DNA of 64,000 bases from an uncultured Actinomycetes bacterium. Lineage in GTDB: Bacteria > Actinomycetota > Thermoleophilia > UBA2241. Location of the stretch: contig CAVWIH010000024.1 in the NCBI GenBank assembly GCA_963755025.1, positions 8,744 through 72,743 on the forward strand, read 5' to 3'. The position numbers were made by a program, and so were the translations under genes. How positions within the stretch are numbered: position 1 is the stretch's first letter; every line of letters starts with the position of its first letter. The notes under the pieces are model-generated. The model worked only from the letters and a program-made list of their open reading frames with translations, did no database searches and was not told the origin of the DNA. This document shows, in pieces, positions 55,560-64,000 of this stretch.

Positions 55560-57040
55560 GTGCTCGTGGAGCTGGGGCTGGTGGAGCAGCGGCATCAGGC
55601 GGTGTTGGAGGTCCTTGCGGGATCGACGGTGGGCAGCGTCGCCCTGCGCTACGGCGTCGCCCGCCAGACGGTCCACCGCTGGCTGCGCCGCTACGGCGAC
55701 GCCGGCCTGGCAGGACTCGTCGACCAGCCCTCGCGCCCCGCCACCTGCCCCCATCAGATGGCGCCCACAGTGGAGGCCCGCATCGTCGAGCTGCGCCTGG
55801 CCCACCCGGGCTGGGGGCCGCGCACCCTGGGCCATCGCCTGGCGGTCGAGGGAGTCACGCCCCCGGGCGCTCCTCGATCTACCGGGCCCTAGTGCGCCAT
55901 CGCCTGATCGAGCCCCATCCCCGGCGCCGCAAGCGCGCCGACTACCGCCGCTGGGAGCGCAGCCGCGCCATGGAGCTCTGGCAGATGGACGTCATGGGCG
56001 ACGTGCGCCTCGCAGACGGCCGCGAGCTCAAGGTCATCACCGGCATCGACGACCACTCGCGCTACTGCGTGAGCGCGGCGCTTGCCTGGCGCGCCACGGC
56101 GCGCCCGGTCTGCGAGGCGCTGCTCGCCGCCCTGCAGCGCCACGGCGCCCCCGAGCAGCTGCTCACCGACAACGGCAAGGTCTTCACGGCGCGCTTCGGA
56201 CGGGGCACCGGCGAGGTGCTCTTCGACCGCCTCTGCCGCGAGCACGGCATCCGCCACCTGCTCACGGCGCCGCGCTCGCCGACCACCACCGGCAAGGTGG
56301 AGCGCTTCCACAAGACGGTGCGCGCCGAGTTCTTGGGCAAGCGCAGCTTCGCAAGCCTCGCGGAGGCCCAGGCCGCGCTCGATGACTGGGTCGCCCACTA
56401 CAACAGCGAGCGTCCCCACCAGGGCATCGGCATGGTGGCGCCCGCCGAGCGCTTCGCCCTGGCCCACCCAGAGCCTGTGGCGCGACTCACCCTGGCCGCC
56501 AGCCACGAAGAGGCCGAGACGCCCGAGGGACCCGTGGTGCGCGCGGTCACCCGGCGCGTGAGCTTGCAGGGTCGCATCAGCCTGGCGGGCTACCCCTACC
56601 ACGTGGGCGTCTGGCTTGCCGGGGAGGTAGTCGAGGTGGACCTGCGCCCAGACGGGCTGCTTGAGATCGTGCACCGCGGTGTGCTGGTCGTCTGCCACGC
56701 CCGGCGCCACTCCGCCACGGTCGATCCCGCCTCCCGGCCGCACAAAGAGCGGGCGCCGCGCGTGGGGCCCCAGCACCCGCGGCCGCAGACCGCCGGACGA
56801 CCGGTGCTGCGCATGGTTGACAAGCGCGGCGCCATCAGCTTCGCCGGCACCACCTACCGGGTGGGCGTCGCCCAGGCCCGCCAGCAGGTCGAGGTGCGCG
56901 TGGTGGGCGACACGGTGCAGATCTCGCAGCAGGGCCGCCTCGTCCGCACGCACGCCGCACGACACGATCGCAGCAAGGAACACGGCGCCTTCGCCACTCC
57001 GGCCGGCAGGCCGCGCAGGCCCAAGGTCTCTCAAGAAGGA
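55560..57040 (+). pseudogene. IS481-family transposase with a frameshift and no in-frame stop of its own
   Basis: The HTH part is in ORF 55560..55892. The frame changes in the ccccc-ggg run near 55858-55870. The integrase core is WQMDV..DDHSR..TDNG..TTGKVERFH..NSERPHQG. The ORF then runs on to 57577. Confidence 0.7.
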
Positions 57041-57125
57041 GTTACAGGTGTAACAGAGCTACTGGAGCCGATCTGTAACGCGGGTACCGGGACTCGACAC
57101 AACAAACGACCAAGGAGGCCGAAAC

Positions 57126-57577
57126 ATGGCGGCGACACTCGTCGCGCCGCGGCCGTGGCACGACACGAGGCCGCGGCGGCACGAGCGACAACGCCGGCGG
57201 CACCCTCGCCCCCGGGCGGCGGGTACAGCCCCTCCGGCTGGGCGCAGGCGCTCCTGGGCGATCTCGGCATGCCGCGCAGCGCCCAGAACGTCACGGCAAT
57301 CACGGCTTGGGAGATGGCCGAGGGCGGCAACTGGTTCAACTCGGCACGCTACAACCCCCTCGACACGACCATGCCGGAGCCCGGTTCAACGGCGATGAAC
57401 TCGGCCGGCGTGCAGGCGTACACGAGCTGGGGTCAGGGACTGGCCGCCACCGTCGCCACACTCACCAACGGCCAGTACGGTGGCATCCTCGCCGCCCTGC
57501 GGGCGGGCACCAGCGCCCTTGCGGTATCGGCTGCGGTGTCGGAATCACCGTGGGGCACGGGAGCGTTCGGCGTCTGA
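57126..57577 (+). CDS. Conserved hypothetical protein (WAQALL..AWEMAEGGNWFNSARYNPLDTT domain)
   Basis: ATG 57126 has an excellent RBS (AAGGAGG) but lies in a different frame from the conserved region. This implies either a frameshift near 57145-57160 or the alternative GTG 57155. Confidence 0.4.
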
Positions 57578-57977
57578 AGTGTCGCTACCGCCTGCGCTCG
57601 CGAGCTCTCAGCCTGCGTCGTCGTGCTATCACGCCAAGACAGACAACTGCCGCAACGCCCAGGAGAAGCGCATCGACCAGCAGGGCCGACTTCGCAGAGC
57701 GACCCGCTTCCAGCAGGCCGGTGCGGGGATCGCCGAACCACAGGGCGAAGGCCAGGATGAGCGCCACCGCGCCCCAGCGGGCAAGCCGGGCGCTTCGCCG
57801 CCCTCTTCCCCCTAAGCCGAGGCTCGACGTTTGCGTTTCAGAGGACGGTACGCCTTGGCAGGGCATCGTGTGGGTCCGACTGGCAATCTCAGCGGTTCGC
57901 GCCGTTCCGGTACTCGGCCTCTCGATCCGCAGCGTACTGGCGGCAGACGGCCCGATTGAGCCGCAGCCCCGCCTATA

Positions 57978-59552
57978 ATGCCGACGATGAGCGACCCTCC
58001 CCGGCAAGTAGCGCAGCCTACGCGTGCCTCTGAACAGGACGCGCGCCCAGTCAAGTGCCCCCACTCGCGCACCTCGGTCGGCATTGCCGTGGCGGTCATC
58101 GTCGTGCTCATCGCCTCGGCGGCCGTGCGCCTCTACGAACTGCAGCGGCCCAGCACCCTGGTCTTCGACGAGGTCTACTACGCCAAAGACGCCCATACCA
58201 TTCTCGATGGCTACCTGGGACCGAACCCTGGCTATCCCTGGGAGCCGGGCAACGAGGTCTCCTGGCCGCACCCCGAGTACGGCAAGTACGCCATCGCCGC
58301 CGGCGAGGCCGGCTTCGGCAGCACCTCGTTCGGCTGGCGGATCGTGCCGGCGCTCGTCGGCATCCTGCTTATCGCGCTCATCTATCCGCTCGCCCGGCGT
58401 CTCGGCCTGTCGCCACCGTGGGCCCTGCTCGGCCTCATCCTGGCGGCCTCAGACTTTCTGGGCATCGTACAGTCGCGGATCGCCACCCTCGACATCTTCG
58501 TCACCTTCTGGTCGGTGTTGTGCGTGTTTGTCGCGCTGCGCTATGTGCAGAGTGGGCACCGCTTACGCTGGTTGTTTCTCTGCGGCCTGGCGGGAGGGCT
58601 TGCCGTGGGCACGAAGTGGTCGGGTGCTTTTGCTTTGTTGGCGGCCGCGGCGATCATGGCGCTCTACCGGCGGCGCTCGTGGCGGGCCCCACTGGCCAGG
58701 ATCGTCGGGCAGGCCCTGCGCGATCTGGCGCTGCCGGCCGTGGCGCTCGGCGTGCTGCCCCTGGCTTTATACTTCGCAAGCTACGCCGACTACTTCTTCA
58801 GGGGTCATCACACGCTGTCACAGTGGTGGGCGCTGCAACACGAGATGTGGTGGTTCAATGAGAACCTGCACGCTTTCCACCCCTACGCTTCTCGGGCCTA
58901 CACCTGGATCGTCGATTATCGCCCGGTCTGGTACTACTACCAGAAGGCGGGCAACACGGTGCACGGCATCATCTCGATCGGCAACCCGCTGCTGTGGTGG
59001 GCCTCGGTGCCGGCGCTTCTCGGCCTCGTCGTGCTGGCCGTCCTGCGGCGCGACCGCGAGCTCGCGCTGCTGCCGCTGATCGTCGCCCTGCTCTACCTGC
59101 CATGGCTCTCCACCACCCGCACCTCGTTCATGTATTACATGACCCCGGTGGCACCGTTCATGGCGCTGGCGGTAGCCATGGCCTTACGCGAGCTCTCCCG
59201 GGGCCAGCTGCGCTGGCAGTGGGCGGTGGGCCTCTTCGCAGCCGCCGCAGTGATCACCGCGCTGTGGTGGTACCAGATCGGGCAAGCCGCGCTCTGGCTG
59301 TTCTGGCGCGATCCCACGAGGGTCTCCCCGGTCTTGGCTCGCGCCGTGCTGGCCATGGCCATCGCCGTCTTCGCGCTCGCAGTGCTGCTGCTGGTCGTGT
59401 GGCCGCGGGCCCGCGGCCTGGGGCGCTACCTCACCTGGATCTACGCGGGAGCGGTCACGGGTGTCTGTCTGGCCTTCCTGCCGATCCTCATCGACCTCGG
59501 CATCTCGGTCACGCACTACTACCACCTCATGTGGTTTCGCAACTGGATCTGA
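57978..59552 (+). CDS. pmt: Protein O-mannosyltransferase (GT39, Pmt-like)
   Basis: Contains VFDEVYYAKDA and multiple TM segments in a GT-C topology. Confidence 0.8.
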   Translation: MPTMSDPPRQVAQPTRASEQDARPVKCPHSRTSVGIAVAVIVVLIASAAVRLYELQRPSTLVFDEVYYAKDAHTILDGYLGPNPGYPWEPGNEVSWPHPEYGKYAIAAGEAGFGSTSFGWRIVPALVGILLIALIYPLARRLGLSPPWALLGLILAASDFLGIVQSRIATLDIFVTFWSVLCVFVALRYVQSGHRLRWLFLCGLAGGLAVGTKWSGAFALLAAAAIMALYRRRSWRAPLARIVGQALRDLALPAVALGVLPLALYFASYADYFFRGHHTLSQWWALQHEMWWFNENLHAFHPYASRAYTWIVDYRPVWYYYQKAGNTVHGIISIGNPLLWWASVPALLGLVVLAVLRRDRELALLPLIVALLYLPWLSTTRTSFMYYMTPVAPFMALAVAMALRELSRGQLRWQWAVGLFAAAAVITALWWYQIGQAALWLFWRDPTRVSPVLARAVLAMAIAVFALAVLLLVVWPRARGLGRYLTWIYAGAVTGVCLAFLPILIDLGISVTHYYHLMWFRNWI

Positions 59553-59635
59553 GGGCACGGCCGCGCTCGCCACAGGCCACAAATATCTGACGCCGTCGAA
59601 CATCCGCGAGCAGCTGACTGAGCGGAGGAAAAGCA

Positions 59636-59899
59636 ATGCCGGATACTCTCACCCCCAAACAGCCGCCCTACTGTGACGAGTGCGGCTGGCCGATCGGTGC
59701 GAAATGCCTGGTCTGCGGCGAGGAGGTACCGACCGGCGTCGACCCTTTTCACGTCCTGTTCGTAGCGACCGGAGCGACAAACGACGACACGGGTGAGGCG
59801 GGGCGATCGGAGTTCACGGCGGCGGTCCACGCCGGGTGTCACGACAGCCTCCTTGAGCGTCTCCATCAGACGCAGTGGCACGCCGCTGGTGGTGAGTAG
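59636..59899 (+). CDS. Small zinc-ribbon protein (hypothetical)
   Basis: ATG follows GGAGGAAAAG. Contains CDECGWPIGAKCLVCG. Confidence 0.5.
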   Translation: MPDTLTPKQPPYCDECGWPIGAKCLVCGEEVPTGVDPFHVLFVATGATNDDTGEAGRSEFTAAVHAGCHDSLLERLHQTQWHAAGGE

Positions 59900-59981
59900 G
59901 CGCCAAAGGGCCCTCTCCACTCACAGGGCGCCCTCAGCTCAGTCCCAGACAGGCCACATCACCTGCGGCGATACTTGCCCT

Positions 59982-61402
59982 GTGGAGGGAAGCGCAACAG
60001 CCTTTGACACCGGGCGCGCCCGTACCAGGGCGGTGCCGCTCGAGCTTGTCGCCTGCCTTGCCGTCTTTGCCGCCTTCTGCATCGCCGTGCTGACCAGGTC
60101 GGCCCAGATGCTCGAGCCCGACGACTACGCCTACCGGGCCTCGATCGTCGCCCTCACCCAAGGCCATCTGCTGCTCACTAACGCCCAGTACCTGGCCTTG
60201 GGCCAACAGCTGGCCGCCCAGGGCGGCCAGGGCATCCTGCAGTGGCACCGCCTCGCCTCCGGTCTATGGATCAGCGGAAGAACCCCGGCTATCCCTTCTT
60301 TGCCGTGCTCTTCTACCTGCTCGGCCTGCTGCGCGTCACGCCACTCTTCTACGGCGCCCTCGCCTGCATCGGCCTGTTCGTCGGTGCCTGTCGCTGGCTC
60401 GGGCGCTGGGCCGGCCTGTGGGCGGTCGTGCTGTACTGCTCCTCAGGCGCCGCGCTGGTCTTTGCCTGGCGCGCCACCATGCCCTCCTTTACCGACGCCT
60501 CGCTTATCGCCGCCGGAGCGGGCCTGCTGCTCTGGGCGCTGCTTGCCTGCGAGGCGCGGGACCGGCGGCGACTGGTAGTCGGTCTGCTGGCATTGCTCGC
60601 CCTGGAGAGCGCCGTCTTCATCCGCTACACCAACGTAGTCGAGCTGCTTGTCGCCGTCGCTGCCGTGCTGGGCATGCGCCGCATCGCCCGTCTGCCCTGG
60701 CGCACCCTCACCGTGTGGTGTGTCTGCGTCGTGCTCTTCGGCGCTGCCCTGCTTGGCTTCAACCGTCTGGTCTACGGTGGCTTTAGCTCGACGGGCTACT
60801 CCGCCGGTGAGATCACCTTCGCGACCTCGGCCCTGCTGCCCAACCTCAAGCACATGCCCGCCCAGCTTGTGCGCGCCATGCCTATGGCGCTGCTCGCGCT
60901 GGCCGCCCTTACCTGGATCGCGGTGCGCCTGGTGCGCAGTCGCGGGTGGGCGTCAGCGAGCGAGCGAGCCCGGGCGCAGCGTGACGCGCTCGTCGCCTGT
61001 GGCTTGCTGGCCGGCTGGTCCGTCTTGTGGGGGCTCTATGCCGCCTACACCTGGACCGCCCAGAACGGCGGAGGTGGTGGCGGGGTCGGACAGTCCATGC
61101 ATGTGATTCGCTTTTACCTGCCCGCGATCGGCCTCATCGCCCTGCTCGGCGCCTGGCTGCTTGCGCGTCTGCCGCGCTGGATGCCGCCGGCGACCCTGGC
61201 GGTCGTTGCGGTGCTTGGGCTGCTTACGTTTCAGAGCATGGCCGGGCAGGTTCTCGGCGGAGGTTTCGGCCGCCCCGGCGGGCCCGGCGGCGGACCGCGA
61301 CTGCAGCAGAGCGGGTCCGGGGGAGCACCGGGCCAGGGTTTCCCCGGGGGCGGGGCGCAGCCGCAAGGGGCACCGCCTGGCGGAGCCGCACCCTCGGACT
61401 GA
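59982..61402 (+). pseudogene. GT-C-fold membrane glycosyltransferase-like protein, one frameshift
   Basis: The N-terminal part (..LEPDDYAYRASIVALTQGHLLL..QWHRLASGLWIS) is in ORF 59793..60578. The continuation (KNPGYPFFAVLFYLLG..) is in ORF 60242..61402. The shift lies near 60271-60280. The C-terminal tail is Gly/Pro-rich. Confidence 0.6.
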
Positions 61403-61530
61403 ACCGATTGGCGAGTGTGCGTCTCCTCGGCATCGTGTCGGGCGGTACGCCAACATCGCCTGCCTCCCGGGTTTGAATGCCGACGATGTAGTCGCTAGTC
61501 TCAGCGCCATGCTCGCCGCCCCCAAGATGC

Positions 61531-62340
61531 TTGACTGACTGGGCCGCAGTGGGCGTGCTGAGCCTGGTGGGCGCGGTCTCCGCGTGGGGCTCGTCGGTCA
61601 TCGTCGGGCTCGCCGCAGCGCTTGTTGTGGTGATCGTCGCGGGCCACCGCCGCGCCGCTCGCACCCGCAAGAGCCTGCGGCGCTGGTGGCTTGTCTTGCT
61701 GCTGCTGGTGCTCGCACCACTGTTCGTCTTCGTGAGCATGGCGGCCTACGTGGTCGTCCAGGCCGGCACCAACTGGGACATCCCGATCCTGGTCTACGTC
61801 GCCGACCATCAGGTCCACGCCCTGTCGAGGGTCGTGGCAGTGGCCACCGAGGGAGGCAGCGTACCTGTCGTCTGCCTGCTGCTCGCCGGAGCGGTGGTCG
61901 CGCTGCTCGTCGCGCGGCTGTACTGGGAGGCGGTCTTCCTGGCCATCGCCACCACCTCGTCCATGGCGGTCGACGGCATCATGAAGCTGGTCTTCGCCCG
62001 CCCGCGGCCGACGCTGTTTGCCCAGCCGCCGGGGGGCTGGTCGTTTCCGAGCGGTCACACGATGAGCGCCACCGGATTCGCAGCGGCGCTTCTCATCCTC
62101 TGCTGGCACACGCGATGGCGCGTGCCAGCCACGATCGCGGCGGTGCTTTATGCCGCGTTCATCGGCGTCTCGCGCGTGTACCTCGGCGTGCACTACCCCT
62201 CCGACGTCGTCGCTGGCTGGGCGTTGTCGCTCGTGGTGGTGGGTGCGGCCTGGCTGGTGTTCTGGGAGCAACTCGCAGAGACACGCGACGGGTCCCTCCC
62301 GGTGACCTCGTCGAACTGCGCCGAGAGTGATCCGACCTAA
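61531..62340 (+). CDS. PAP2 family phosphatase
   Basis: Contains KLVFARPRP, SFPSGHTM and SRVYLGVHYPSDV. The start is uncertain. Confidence 0.8.
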   Translation: MTDWAAVGVLSLVGAVSAWGSSVIVGLAAALVVVIVAGHRRAARTRKSLRRWWLVLLLLVLAPLFVFVSMAAYVVVQAGTNWDIPILVYVADHQVHALSRVVAVATEGGSVPVVCLLLAGAVVALLVARLYWEAVFLAIATTSSMAVDGIMKLVFARPRPTLFAQPPGGWSFPSGHTMSATGFAAALLILCWHTRWRVPATIAAVLYAAFIGVSRVYLGVHYPSDVVAGWALSLVVVGAAWLVFWEQLAETRDGSLPVTSSNCAESDPT

Positions 62341-62511
62341 GTTCGCTGGTCGTCAGAGGAGAGCCGCGTGCTTCGTGCTGGGGCGGGGTGGTGCGCGGTT
62401 AGGTGACCCCGAGGCCATGGAGCGCGACGGCGTCATGTCCGAGCCCCTCGTCGTCTGGCTGCAGAAGGACGAAAGGCGTCTCTCACGAGCGCGGCGACAT
62501 GCAAAGCTGCG

Positions 62512-62952
62512 CTACCTGGATCCGTGGCCGCTCGCAGGCTCATCGCAAAGAGGGATGCCGACCCTCTCGAGGAACGCAGTGGCAGCGGCTTTCGAGCAGG
62601 CGGCGCTGACTCTGACGCAGAACACGACACGCGAACCCGACTTCGTAAAGACGGTGATCGTGCTCGGCTTGGCGCCCTCCAGGCCAGCCCGGGCCAAAGC
62701 GGACCTGCCTCTGGTCGGTGCCCGGCTATCGGCCATCGCGACGCTAGCCACTTCGGACAGCGGGATCCGAACATCGGAGGGCATCTTCTTGCCGAGGCCG
62801 ATTGCCTCTTCAGTGAACCATAGCGTGCCGAGTGAGCGTTCCGGCAGCTCTTCAAGGCCGCCAAGGTACGCGGCAAAGCGCCAGCTCACCGACCACGTCT
62901 GTTCGGCTCGTGGCTCGCCCGATTTGCCCTTGCGCACCCGGCTCCAGAACAC
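62512..62952 (-). CDS. Hypothetical protein (bacterial PH-like pattern)
   Basis: Contains AAYLGGLEELPERSLGTLWFTEEAIGLG..IPLSEVASV. Preferred over the antisense ORF 62327..63007. Confidence 0.45.
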   Translation of the reverse strand: MFWSRVRKGKSGEPRAEQTWSVSWRFAAYLGGLEELPERSLGTLWFTEEAIGLGKKMPSDVRIPLSEVASVAMADSRAPTRGRSALARAGLEGAKPSTITVFTKSGSRVVFCVRVSAACSKAAATAFLERVGIPLCDEPASGHGSR

Positions 62953-63090
62953 GACGAATCCTCTTCACAGTGACGAGGCTTCCTGGCTCACCCTAGTGCC
63001 AGCGTAGCGATGGCCCGAGTACCCCCGAGTCTGGCGCGTGCGCCCTCGATGCCGGCGCAGGGACTTGAACCGACACAGACCCTGCGGCTC

Positions 63091-63669
63091 CTAGGACCGC
63101 GGCGAGCCCAGCAGGTGCTCGACGTTGAGGCGATGGAGCTCGCGCTGCAGGCTTGAGTCGAGGTGGCCCGCCGCAAAGTGGTCGAGGTAGTCGTGCAGAT
63201 CGCCGTTCCAGCCTGGCGTCACCTGGGCCAGGAAGTGAGCCGTCCTTGAGTGGTGCACCGTGGCCGAGAAGGGCACGAGCCAGTAGGGCACAAGCAGCAA
63301 GGCGCCGGTCACAAGCCAGATGGCAAGGCAGCCCACAAGGAGGCCGACAAGCACTCCCCCAAGACGGTTGGCCGTGCCGACCAGCGGGATACGCTTGATC
63401 AGGCCGCTGAGCAGGCCGCCGGCCAGACGAAGCGCAAGGCCCACGACCACCACGATCACCAGGAAGGCGACGATGCGAGCCTCGGTCGCATCCAGGCCGT
63501 GCAAAAGCCGGGGCAGCAAGCGGCCCAGCGCTGCGTCGAAGCTGAAGGCCAGAGCCACAGCGGCAGCGAAGGCGACCAGGCCGATCGCCATGGCGATCAG
63601 TCCGCGGCGCAGGCCGCGCACGGCAAGCAGGACGAGGATCACGAGGACGATCACGTCGTAGGCGTTCAT
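63091..63669 (-). CDS. cvpA: CvpA family membrane protein
   Basis: Begins MNAYDVIVLVILVLLAVRGLRRGLI and has four TM helices. Confidence 0.75.
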   Translation of the reverse strand: MNAYDVIVLVILVLLAVRGLRRGLIAMAIGLVAFAAAVALAFSFDAALGRLLPRLLHGLDATEARIVAFLVIVVVVGLALRLAGGLLSGLIKRIPLVGTANRLGGVLVGLLVGCLAIWLVTGALLLVPYWLVPFSATVHHSRTAHFLAQVTPGWNGDLHDYLDHFAAGHLDSSLQRELHRLNVEHLLGSPRS

Positions 63670-64000
63670 GGCACGCGCCCTAGCCTTCGCGACGTACTGT
63701 CGGCGACCTTGGGAGCCAGGCTCAGAACCACGGCTTGGTCCTGGGCCTCGAGGGCGACCACGCGACGCAGGGCGCGGCAGGCCACCTTGAGCTGCTCGCG
63801 CTGCGGCTCGCGGGTGGTCAGGCAGCGTTGCAGCGTCTTGCCGGCGCACAGCACGACCCGGCAGATGGTCAGCTGTGGCCGCCGCGTGACCAGGCGGAAG
63901 AGCTCAAACGACAGGGCGATCGCACACACCGAGTAGAGCGCCGAGAAGCCCTCACCGGGCAGGCGCTGGCTCAGCGGCAGATAGGCAAGTGAGAGCACGA
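63666..64000 (-). CDS. Partial CDS continuing beyond the window end (unknown)
   Basis: The open frame is translationally coupled to cvpA (ATGA at 63666-69). Identity was not recognised. Confidence 0.3.
   Translation of the reverse strand, partial: VLSLAYLPLSQRLPGEGFSALYSVCAIALSFELFRLVTRRPQLTICRVVLCAGKTLQRCLTTREPQREQLKVACRALRRVVALEAQDQAVVLSLAPKVADSTSRRLGRVP

Noticed and set aside
62327-63007. 226-aa plus-strand ORF
   Set aside because: It is Ser/Arg/Ala-rich and featureless. The opposite-strand ORF 62512..62952 has a more protein-like sequence and pattern. Confidence is low for both.
63040-63125. tRNA-like T-loop (GGTTCAAGTCC on the minus strand) downstream of cvpA
   Set aside because: Only 2 bp of T-stem can form, and no acceptor, D or anticodon arms could be folded. 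It is more simply read as a GCAGGG/CCCTGC hairpin. It might be a tRNA 3' relic, but that is not supportable.

Overview
Very GC-rich chromosomal window, probably from a high-GC Gram-positive or Actinobacteria-like organism. That taxonomic guess comes from gene content only (Pmt, DUF2510, DUF488, a GAP-family protein, a two-domain GNAT). All calls rest on reading the six-frame translations and the DNA by eye; no searches were run.

Layout:
- 1-5.8 kb: a decayed genomic island with a multiply frameshifted type IIG/ISP-like methyltransferase-restriction gene and a multiply frameshifted tyrosine integrase. It abuts a textbook tRNA-Sec (5764..5861).
- 6-25.7 kb and 46-50 kb: six paralogues of the MttB (trimethylamine/quaternary-amine methyltransferase) superfamily, five intact and one truncated, in at least four operon contexts. 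The partners are unusual: a Cys-rich Fe-S protein, a HAL-fold lyase lacking the MIO triad, an MmgE/PrpD protein, two orphan ABC substrate-binding proteins, a GNAT, and a TetR regulator fused to an IS1595-type zinc ribbon. No corrinoid protein is visible.
- Housekeeping genes: gad, ferritin, OsmC, ychF, rlmN (frameshifted), rpmH-rnpA-yidD-yidC-jag (no dnaA nearby), nfo, yigZ, class II fba, cvpA.
- Three IS elements: IS982-like, IS5-like with a CTAG target duplication, and IS481-like.
- A GT-C/PAP2 envelope glycosylation cluster.

Striking structural signals:
- Many perfect or near-perfect tandem duplications that abut or include stop codons.
- A 23-bp duplication that frameshifts a gene.
- An inverted, deleted mttB-permease locus.

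No rRNA genes or CRISPR arrays were seen.
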